Source: Trichosphaerium sp. ATCC 40318 (taxonomy: Eukaryota; Protista; Tubulinea). Taken from it: DNA of 64,000 nucleotides. A model generated the notes under the pieces. It ran no database searches. It had not been told where the DNA came from and saw nothing but the letters and a program-made list of their open reading frames with translations. The position numbers and the translations under genes were made by a program. This document shows positions 51,185-62,119 of the stretch, piece after piece (positions within the stretch are counted from its first letter, which is position 1; each line of letters begins with the position of its first letter). Location: positions 206,246-270,245 of the forward strand of contig JALMLS010000596.1 in assembly GCA_038496445.1 (NCBI GenBank), given 5' to 3'.

Positions 51185-52954
51185 ATGTGGAGTGCGAAAA
51201 TAGTATGTACGTAATCATTTATTAAAGTACAACATGCTAAAGCTTGATATCTAAGGTATTGTGGTATTATTCATCGTATCGATGAGAGGATACAATCGCG
51301 AGTATTGGAACACCATAGAACACTTTGAAATGATTACAAAAGGTACCATCATATTCTGATTTATCTTGTAACGCTATGTAGTATCGCTAACGCACGTGAA
51401 TACATCGTACCACCAGGTCATGCTTCATTTCGATTCAAACAAAACAATGAGCTTCAACTGCATCAAACACTCGGTATACGCAAAGAATACAAAGGTATCG
51501 CGTAGTAGCATTAATAACGAACTTTTACAATCACGTGATCATAGATGTAAAAAAAATTGTAACTTACAACGAATTTGTTTAAATATTGCTGACGTTGGTT
51601 AGATACAAATCCACACTGAAAGTAACGTCACGTTTATTGATGCACCTTCAAACACATTCAAAGCGATTGGAGAGAACCATCAACATTTTCGAGTTACTCA
51701 ATACTCTGATGGTACTTTCTCTGGCTTCTGGAAATCTCCACGAGGATATTTGATACGCTTGGATGCTCTTGATAGGCACCATATTTCATCACCATGGTCT
51801 AATGCTGATTAAAAAAACTAGACATGTGTCGTTCATGCATCCTCATCACAAATCTTTGATTGGAAATGCTTCTCATTTGGCTTTCAGGTACAAAGTGATT
51901 ATGGCGCTTTGGTTGAACTCAAGTTAAATAATTGTAGAGAACCTAAAGTAATGTTGCAAAAAACAAAGAGAGGTCCAGCTGTCGGAGACAAGGCACCTCT
52001 TTCGCCTCCTCCTGATCCTTGTCCAACGGAAGTCCATGAAGTTACACTTGTGAGTTTGATGTATGAACTGTATTACCGTTAACAATGTGTACAAATAGAG
52101 TATTGCTGTAACTGTTGCTTACGTAAGGGCTGCTGGAAGTATTGAAAAAGCTGCTAATTACATTACACAAGGTGTTGTATTTCCTATCTGTTTCATCTCA
52201 TTATTTCATAGCTGTCATGAGTCTGAATGTTTGGTTTGAAATTGATGTGGTAAGAAAAAAGCAAGCTTGTTCACTAACTTTTATCCTCGTTCAAGAGACT
52301 GCATGCCACGATTCAAAATGCTATAATATATACCACCCCTGGTGCGTTGATTTCTTAAATAAAGTATTTCTCCGATCACGTCCTTACAACAGTTTGGAAT
52401 GCAAACTGATTACCTTTTTTCAAGGAAAAGTGTCATGGAATGAAGAACGCTCAGAAGACTGTGAGAATCCTTATGATGCTTTTAAATATGATTGGTACAA
52501 TGAGATACCTCAATGTTGCGGAGATACATCAATGGCTGTATTATTCCATAACTGTGCTAAACATGCTTCAGCAAGACCTAGCTCATTGTGTGATCATGTT
52601 CGTAATTTTGTAATAGCTATTTGTTTGTGCCTAAGTGTTTCAACTGTTAGCCGTTTGTGACAGTCAATCGCCGTAATCTTCTAGATACATATAGTATAAT
52701 AGGCTGGGGTATTGGTTTAGCAACAGGAGCACTTGATGACGATGACGGTATAATGGGACCACTAGGTAGCGGGTATAACTTTTACATTCGAAGTTTATTA
52801 CGCTGGAGGTTTATTACTGTTTAGAGATCCCAACTATGGCAGGGTTTCTAGAGTTAGCCAGGGATTTATTTGTAACGGTACTTCTGAATTGATTGATACA
52901 GGGTGTTTGAAGCCTTATGAATCAAATAAATCAAGCGATAGTGAAGACGAATAA
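51185..52954 (+). CDS. Zinc-motif-less ADAM/reprolysin-like protein, copy 8
   Basis: Same exon structure; pseudo-site TYSIIGWGIGLATGALDDDDGIMG. Confidence 0.75.
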
Positions 52955-52987
52955 ATCACTTAATACATTACTACAAATACACGTGGT

Positions 52988-54565
52988 TTAGTTTTTTTTC
53001 AAGGTTTTTTTATCATTAGGAGCCTTTGTTTTTTCCTTCCAGAGCTTGTACTGTCGAGCATAGCTATATCATAAGGTGTTCCTCTTGGTCCCTTTTATGA
53101 AAGATGATTTAGATGACAAGCTGTTACGTGAAGAAAACAGGTTTACCTTAGATTCTAAAACATACTCTAAATGATGTTGTCGAACATGCCTCAACAACAC
53201 TTCAGCAACACGGTGTGATTTATTAAAAGCAGCCTAAGAAATGAATCATGTTAGATAACTATATCCTACTTAATCTAATCATACGTAGTGTAACGGGTTT
53301 TCTCCATGCCTAAAACCGACAACTTAGCAATCAAAAAAAAAAACAAAAGTACTTACTTTGTGTGCCTTGTTGTTGATTTCTTTCCTGATAGCAAACTTTT
53401 CACAACACTTGCGGTACTAAATTTTGAAGCTAGATGTAGTACTGTTTCGCGCTGTCTATTCAAAATACTTTCAAAAGAAACTACACAAACCAAGGTAAGT
53501 CCAAACGAAAAAAAAAGAAAACCATACAGTACCTAAAGTTTGTAGTTTTTCAAAAATGTTTATAACCAACTCTGCTTCCTTCCCTGAAGGTGAGTGTTGT
53601 GCTAGAGTTAATGGAGCGTCTCCTATACCTTCTTTGCTTAATTGTCTGTGATTACATAGCTTCAAGATCAGAGATAAAATATCAACTTTGCCATCGTTTG
53701 AAGCCGACAGTAAAATCAAAGCCATATGCTCAAGTAACGTCTTTGTTATACTCTGCTTTGCATAAAACTTGTTTACGTTGATTCTTGTATCCTCCAAAAA
53801 CTGCTCAAACAGATAAAAGTGACCTAAGGATAACGCCTTTAGAATATCTATCACGTGATTATTTATTTTTAGACTAAGTTCTGAAACGGCACCTTGTTCT
53901 ACTATTGCTATTGCTATATCTCCTTTTTGTTGAAAGTCATAGTGATAAACCATATTGCGTTGTTTGTCATCAATTAATCGTAAATGTCTGTTCGTGAATT
54001 GCTTCTTTACATTCATATTATACCTTTGTAATACCAGCCAAAGCTCTGGACATACACCGCAGCTACAGAGTATGAATAAATCAAACGCGAAGCTCATTCC
54101 TTACCCATTTTTTATTGTTACGTCACCTCCAGCAGATATCATCCAACTGAATAGTTCTAAATCGCAGCTATAAAGACAAGCATGCAATGGTGTATCTCCA
54201 TACTTGTTCTGCTGATTACAGTCGACACCTACGTACAACAAATACGTGAGCACTTAGCTCTCCACTTTTCTTTGTACCCAATTCTATGAGAATGTCAAAC
54301 AGTTGTCTTGCATCGCGGTGGCCATGATTTTCACGCGATAACGCAAGAATATGTAGAAGATTATCCCCACTTAAATCATCAACATACCACGCAAACGTCT
54401 TATTTACACATTTTTCTGCGTGTTTGTATTTTCCTTGTTTAATTAAAGGTTAGTTCCTTCTCATCTGAGTTTTAATAGTTTTGTTTTCTGAAGAATAAGA
54501 CCTTACATACCCGTCTTTATTAAATCAAGTACTTTTGTATCGCTGTGTGGAGTGTTTAGTATAGT
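52988..54565 (-). pseudogene. Ankyrin-repeat gene, probably disabled
   Basis: GDNLLHILA, DCNQQNKYGDTPLHAC, GENPLH, GTPYDIA motifs; in-frame TAA near 54101; no clear start codon. Confidence 0.6.
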
Positions 54566-55059
54566 GAGGAGATTTTAGAAATCACGTGTCCAAAAAAATT
54601 AGATTTGGTTATAACGCTTCACAACACGTGTATTTTACAGCGTAGTTTTATTAATTAGAAAAGGCACGCGAATAACATACGTATCTATATTTACACGCGT
54701 CATACGCTTGCTTAATCGTTTTATCATAGTAACACGTGATGCTTCATAACTTGTGAAGTCCTTCGGCTTTTGTTTGTTGAACAATACGAGAAAAAGTGTG
54801 GAGGGATTTTTTTTCTATTATTACTTGAAACACCAAACAGCAAATCTGCTTTACCTCAAAATATTTTAAAAGGAAAAAGTATTGTAGTTCATTAGCAAAG
54901 ATGTGGCTTCAAGGTCATATTTATTCGCATTGCCTTGGACAGGCTTCAAAATAAATAAATAAACAAAAAAAGAAAATGCCAACAAAGCAATCAATTTATT
55001 TTGTAGTTTGCTGAGAAACAAAGCCACAACATGGATGTGGTTACTATAGATACACTCAC

Positions 55060-55462
55060 TTAATTACATTTATAGCGGGTTACTTGCTGTTTCATACCAA
55101 TCATCATGGTACCATCGTAGTTATTACATCTTCCAGAACTAGGCTTTCGCTGATTGCATCGTTTACCACAGTTTTTCTTGCCTGATATGTGTTCATACTA
55201 AGCTTTAAATTGAGTGGAAAGTTGAAAGCATATGAGATGAACAAGTACGTACATCATCGTAACTGTCTTTAGGGCAAGATCCCCAACGGTCGGCGCAAAA
55301 AGTTCCAGACTCTCCGTCAGTGTTTTCATACAGCCTTGAGCACCATTTGGCCCAGCACCCTCCTTCTACATCTTCATCGTTTCCTGATACTGGACATGCG
55401 AACATAAATACTACAAAAACAATAGCCAAGGATAGCGTAGGTATTAAAGAAAAGTTGCTCAT
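55060..55462 (-). CDS. Secreted 8-cysteine peptide, copy 3
   Basis: Same structure; ends GTMMIGMKQQVTRYKCN*. Confidence 0.85.
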
Positions 55463-56117
55463 TGTAAGGTGACAATAATTTTTTGAGTGAAAATGTTTAA
55501 CGAGTTTTCAAGAGTTTGTCCGATGTAATCCCGATTTCACATAACCACAAAACACGTAAAACTACACGACCCTACACGACACGATGTTTCACTATTATAA
55601 TTATCCTTGCCGTCAACGAGTAGGTAAGTTACAAACCCTAAGGCAAAGATTGCCTGTTGAAATAGTAAGGAATGTAACAATATCTGCAAAAAAAATAAAC
55701 GTTGTTGTCTTTTTGTAGCACGTGGAGTATGTAGTAATTTGTACATACAAAAGAGACCAACGCCTATTTGAGCTATAACCAAATTTATTGTCAACTTACA
55801 ATGGCATTCCTTTTATTTACATACCTCCGCAGATAGTGTACACCACAGTATGTATAATTATGTTAATAGGGTGAATGGAACAAAAGGTGAGCAAAGACCA
55901 AAAACAGTGAACCATAAGTAGTGGTCTATTACTGTTCAAGCGACAAAAGATAATTCGGAGGATGATCTCAAAAAGTAGTGAAGTTCTCTTTATGCTGTGT
56001 TTTTCTCAAAAACAATTGTTGACAACACGTTTATGATCGGTTTATGTACTGTGGCATAAACGAACAATGCTCTTTCTCTGAAAGTTCAATCTGGGCTACA
56101 ACCTTTTAATTTTCATC

Positions 56118-56976
56118 TATTGTCCGTATCATTCAAGTTTGCGACAGGTTTGGCAGAAGTATCAAAGTGTAAGATCTTGCAAGAACTAACAAAACTGACA
56201 GATCTTGTAAGTTCTGCTAGTTCTTGCAAGTTCTGTCAGATTTTGTCAGTTTTGATAGTTCTTGCAAGAACTGACAGCTTTGATAAAAACCTGCTGAACC
56301 AGTGCAATGTGAATGCATCACATTCTATAACTCATGACAATGTACCTTCCTTGCCGTCCTTATGTACGTTAAGGCAAGCCGAAAAAGCACTGTGTCAAAG
56401 TCGCATCATCTAACAAGACGACCTCAGTATTTCACGTAGGGCGCTCTCATTACTACTCACCCAGTAGCCATAAAAACGAGTACGAATCAATAATTATTTA
56501 CATATTAACTAACAAGCACCACGCGCGAATGCTGGCACATTCAGGCGTAAAGAGGAGTATTTAACGTGAGATAACGTTAAAACCTCAAGGAAAATTCCAA
56601 GCGCTTCCAAAGTATCTTGCGCTGCATGTACGGTATAACATAGCGTAATAATCCGTTTTAGAGTATAGGAGACAATCGTTGGACCTTAGAGGTCAGAGAC
56701 ATAAGCTAATGTACCAAATAAATAATGGTGGTTAAGAACACGTGGTGTCACAATAATTTGTATGCGTTGTACCTGTCCAAGTGGATTTAGTTTGTTCCAG
56801 AACTGACAAGATCCGTCAGATCTTGTAGTTTTTAACAGATCTTGCAAGAACTAACAAGATCTTGTAAGAATTAACAGAAGTTGCAAGATCTGTCAGATCT
56901 GACTAAACACGAAAACCAAAAGTCACAAACAGCAAAAAGTTGCAAAGATTAGCAAACTTGAATGAAACGGACAATA
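56118..56976. mobile_element. MITE of the same TIR family, second subfamily, TA-flanked
   Basis: TATTGTCCGTATCATTCAAGTTTGC ... GCAAACTTGAATGAAACGGACAATA; arrays of about 9-bp subterminal repeats; different internal sequence. Confidence 0.85.
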
Positions 56977-57230
56977 TTAATAACAAGGCATGCGAATAAT
57001 ATCGCGAATAACATATGTATCTATATTTACACGCGTTATACACTTGCTTAATGATTTTATCGTAGTAACACGTGATGCTTCATAACTTGTAGCTCAAGGG
57101 GTTGAAAGGCTTCAAAATAAAAAAAGAAAATGCCAACAAACAATCAATTTATTTATAGTTTGCTTAACACTAGCACTGAGATACCAAGTCACATACAACA
57201 TGGTTGTGGTTACTATATAGATACACTCGC

Positions 57231-57619
57231 TTAATTACATTTATAGAGGGCTACTTCCGTAGCCATGATACCTTGAAAATTATTACATCTTCCAGCACTA
57301 GGTGTTCTCTGATTGCATCGTTTACCACAGTTTTTCTTGCCTGATATGTTGTCATACTATACTTTAAAGTGAGTCGAAAGTTGAACAGCATAGACAATGG
57401 AGAAGTGCGTACGCCATCATAACTCTTTTGAGGGCAAGATCCCCAACGGTCGGCGCAAAAAGTTTCCGAACCTCCGTACGTATATTGATACAGTCTTGAG
57501 CACCATTTGCCTACGCACGCTTCTACATCTTCATCGTTTCCTGATACTGGACATGCGAACATAAATACTACAAAAAGAATAGCGAAGGATAGTGTTGGTA
57601 TTAAAGAAAAGTTGCTCAT
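57231..57619 (-). CDS. Secreted 8-cysteine peptide, copy 4
   Basis: Same structure; ends GRCNNFQGIMATEVALYKCN*. Confidence 0.85.
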
Positions 57620-57751
57620 AAGGTGACAATAGTTTTTTGAGTGAAAATGTTGTGTTTTCAAGAGTTTGTCCGATGTAATCCCGATTTCACACAACCACAA
57701 AACGCGAAACTACACGACTCTACACGAGGACTACACGAGATATGGCCTATG

Positions 57752-57862
57752 CGTTTCAACTGTCGACTCACTTCAAAGTATAGTTTGACGCACGAAACTG
57801 TGGTAGACGATGCAATAAGCGAACACCTAGAGCTGGAAGCTTTAACTACTATCATGACATGA
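57752..57862 (+). pseudogene. Isolated exon-2 remnant of the 8-Cys peptide gene
   Basis: Intron end CGACTCACTTCAAAGTATAG followed by NCGRRCNKRTP-coding DNA, in the opposite orientation to copy 4. Confidence 0.65.
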
Positions 57863-58506
57863 TAATTGGTCTGAGAAAGCTCTTCATTATGTTGCTGGTG
57901 AGCAACAAGGAGAGCATAAAAATGCCTGTTACTTCTTTGCCAAATTGAAGGTAACTTTCTTCAAGTATTTGACAGAATGTGCAATACAGTTAAATTCATT
58001 TATTCCCTATTGCTGGCACCTTTTGGGCAAGCTCTCCTTGAAGTATACAACTTGTTAGACGTAGATTATGACCTACTAGAAACCATCGGATTCCTTTTGC
58101 AACTCTCACTCAATTTCCCACGCATATCTTCATTTAGCTTGTCATATAATGTAATCAGCTTTTCATCAAGTTAATGAAGCTACTAAAGCTTTTGAATGTA
58201 ACTCAGCAAAAATTGTCGACAGCATTACAACAAGAATTATCAATAAATGAATTCAACGTAATGACTGCGTACCTGACACCCTGCTTTACGGCATTAGCCA
58301 AGAGAGCAAATGCCTCCAAATAAAACCAATTTCCTTGGAACAGGATTATTATGGAATCAAATAACAGTGAAGGTAACCTCTATGTTACTTAATATTGTGA
58401 AACGAAACTTGAAATTTCTTAAGTCACGTATTTTGTCACGTGATTTATTTCAAATCAAGTTTTACGCCTGAAACACTTACTGTGGTAATCCGTATATCAA
58501 TTCTAG

Positions 58507-60127
58507 ATGAAAAGAATTAGTGCTCTTTTATTTATTGCGTACGTGCAGTAAAACTTTTGTTTTTCCGTTCCTGGCGCCGCAAGGCTTTAACTCATACAGT
58601 CTTTTATATCTTTTTTTCTAAAATTATTTAATCCAAGTTTCTTGGTGGCTCATGCTGTAGATTTATCCATGTACCTATGCCCATTAGAAGGTACATCCCT
58701 TTCTAACGTTTATCTGGCTTTGTATAAGGTCATTCATTTCTTACGCTTTAAATTTGACTTTAAAGTTCTCATCCCTCAATAGACGACAACTGTGGAACGT
58801 CAGTAAAGTCTTGTACGCTTAACAACCGAACACCAGTTGGAGATTGCTTTCCTTTAGACCCTTGTATTTTCCTTACAAATGATACCCATTACGCTCATTT
58901 TGTACCAAACGGAAACGGGTACGTGACGGAAATTTGTGGATACTTCGGAGCTTTTTTTTCGAATAGCTACATTTATTAAATGAACACGTGGGAATTTTTT
59001 TAATGGTTTTTGTGTTAGGTTCCAACTTGTTGGATTTCGTGATTCTGTATGTACAGATAGATCTGGTGTTGTTGGCGCAGCTGATACGGATGATTCGTGT
59101 ACTACAAAAATCACTGGTTGGACTTGTACATACCTGATCAGACTGGGTGTACCCGCAGTAACAGGAAACGCATGGAGTGGATGGGAACACACCTCAGGTT
59201 TGTTCCTTGCTTTTTAACGTAGTCTATACTAATAGAATACCTGTAAGGTGGTTGTAGCACTGTTCCTACTATGAATAGAGGTCCTGTATTATTCGGAGAA
59301 TGTGCATTGAGTCCTTTTTGTGATAGTGGAGATTGGATCAACGCGCAAGTTAACAGTGGAGATTCATCAATCATTGATTTGAATCACTACGCATCTCAAG
59401 CTGATTGTGAGAATAACGTTAATCCATTTTTCCAAAATTCAACACTCTATGATAGAGAAGCCGTGCCTTTCGGAAAATGTTCGGATTTTGATTGTAATAT
59501 GAGTAAGTTCTTTTTTTTTCAAACACATATTTTCGAAAGGCTAATATTCTTGTTTTTGGAACAGCTACGGTTTCACCTGGAATAAGTTTCGCTTATGCTC
59601 AAATTGGTCCTGATACGCCTACAACATCTCCACCTTTTGTTGTGCCTGTATCCCCAACAACTGAAACACCTGTATCCCCAACAACTGAAGCACCTGTAGA
59701 GCCTATAGCTCCAGTTGCAACGCCAGTAGCACCTCCTGTTGGAACTCCTGTCCAATCTCCCGTCTCAACACCAGTCACCACTCCAATAGGATCACAACCA
59801 ACAACAGAGGCACCAACGACTGGTACTCCTGTATCGTCCACGGGAAACACACCAACAACAGGCGAAACACCTGTCACTGCTATGACACCAACAACAGGGA
59901 TTACTCCTTCGTCATCACCACCTAGTTCAAACATGCCAACTACAGCACCATCAGATACTGTACCTACAGAAATTGCTCCTACACCCGCTCCAGTCGCACC
60001 ACCTACTCATACCTCACATGCTTCTGTTTTGGTAAGTTGTCTTACAAATATTTACACTTACGTGTTTTACTAGGTGCCTTCTGTAATTATTTACGTTTTG
60101 ATGCTATTATTTTGTGTTCCACAATAA
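58507..60127 (+). CDS. Cys-rich mucin-stalk surface protein, copy 4
   Basis: DLSMYLC; CTLNNRTPVGDCFPLDPC; WTCTYLIRLG; FGECALSPFC; Pro/Thr stalk; last exon VPSVIIYVLMLLFCVPQ*. Confidence 0.8.
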
Positions 60128-60615
60128 CTCCTTCATTTGTATGAATCTTTCAATGTCGTATTTAATGTAGTAATGAACTATCAATTTAATAATTTATCTA
60201 TGGCCTCATCATTCTACCTTAAGAACACTGATCAGGTGCTCAATACTATTTGGTCACGTGACTTTATCTTGTGGAAAAGTTATTCCACAACACTTGCAAA
60301 TAATACTTGCTGAAACAAGCCAATGACAGCACAAGTTCGTAGTTCCTGAGATTGAGTCGGATTTCGCTCCATTATTTTATTGTTGTAACTCTTTTCAATA
60401 GCTAGTCATTATTTTTGCCGATTGTAGCTAGCATACGATCACGTTTATTCCGTTCGTAGATAGATATCTATACTTCTGACAACCTGCATACCGTAAGTGT
60501 ATTTGCAATGACGGCAAAATAATTGACGTACAGAGCTGCCGGCAAAAAAAATACGCCGCAATTCGTAAAAAATGAGTACATTTTGAGAAAGCGACTTTTC
60601 ACTATTTTTTGCCAT

Positions 60616-61794
60616 ATGGAAGCTCCTGCAACGGATGAAGAATTAAAAATAGTCAGAGATTTTGTAAGAGACGGTCACGGAGATATACCACAAGGCTTTT
60701 TGGAAGCAGAAAACATTTCAAGGTCAGATTTCTTTGTTTGTTTTTTACAAAGCGCTAAAAAGCCATAGATACATACGAGCAACAGAAGGGAACGTAGAAA
60801 AGTGCGCAGAAATGATGATTACAATAAATTGGAGAAACGAGTTTAAACCGCATAAAATATCTTGTAAAGGTATTCAAACGCTACAAATAACACGTTGGCA
60901 GTATATTAACAAGTGTACATTAAGATATCGCTACACATCTCAGCCATGGTAAAAATTACCACTCTGGGTTCGATAAGGTACATCTTTCAACGTTAAAACG
61001 GGAGTATAGGCCAAAAGAACGACTTCTGTTGTTTATTCAACAAACAATTCTAAAATGTCGTTTTGACAGGAAGGAAGACCAGTTGTATTGATGCGTATTA
61101 ACAGAGATACACCTGATGATGTACCGGGTAAACTGAAGATTACAATCTATAACTTGGAGAGGTAACACAAACACGTTTTTTTGTTTTCCTAAAAATGTTC
61201 CAAAAAAAGCCAACTAAAACAGGCTTGGGTTTTTCTTCATTAGTACCCTCTCAAGCATTCTTATTTTTACATAACCCAAGGTCTCTTCGGTTTCCAAATG
61301 CGAAGCAAGTCACGTGGATAGTAGATCTAAAAGGATTTGGTACAACAAAAGAAAATCGAAAACGTGTCACATGCTGCGCCACCTCTTTAGGCATGAACGA
61401 TATGTCGTTTGCACAAAACAAAATGTCGATGCAATTTGTGAATATCTTGACAAGTCATTACCCTGAAAGATTAGGCCTGCTACTCATAATCAACGCACCG
61501 TGGGTGTTTTCAGGTATTCTCGAAATAACTTTTTTTTTTTGAACGAGTTTTAACAACTTATCATATCTAGCGTTTTGGAGGATTATTTCACCGCTCTTGT
61601 CAAAGCACACGTGCTCAAAAATACAGTTTATAACAGGAGATATCGGAAAAGGACTGTCTGAGTATATACCAAAAGACCAGCTGGAAGTTGAGTATGGCGG
61701 GAATAGCACAATGACATACGATCATGAAAAGTATTTTGAAATGCTGAAAAAAGAAGAAAGCGACTGGATGACTGAAAGCACTAAAACCGAATGA
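60616..61794 (+). CDS. CRAL-TRIO / Sec14-like lipid-binding protein
   Basis: RYIRA...NWR, GFDKEGRPV, WIVDLKGF, HYPERLGLLLIINAPWVF, FWRIISPLL, QLEVEYGG. Confidence 0.9.
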
Positions 61795-62119
61795 AGAAAA
61801 TAACCTTATAGGAACTCCAACAGGGCTCTCGTCTTATTGTTTGATACACAAAAGAATGAAAGAAATAGCTGAACACTGTATTTGTAATAAATGTCTACTT
61901 ATGAAATATCGATGTTTTTTCTGCACACATATAGTACTTATGCAACTATTTTGCATGCACTCACAGGTGGTAGCTAAAGTATTGTGTCTTTTCAAGTTAG
62001 ATTTAATTACGACTGGATTGAATTGAAACTTTGGTTACAGATATGGCGGGTAAGTAAAAGACAAAACAAGAAGTTATGTAGTTTATAAAAAAGTTGTACA
62101 AATGTTAAAGAAAATCTGT

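Noticed and set aside
54095-54110. Stop-codon reassignment suggested by the in-frame TAA here and TGA near 25035
   Set aside because: TAA, TAG and TGA all terminate intact genes in the window; isolated lesions or sequence errors are simpler
31456-59934. Val/Gly-rich minus-strand ORFs at 31456, 37553 and 59599
   Set aside because: They are antisense shadows of the Thr/Pro stalk exons
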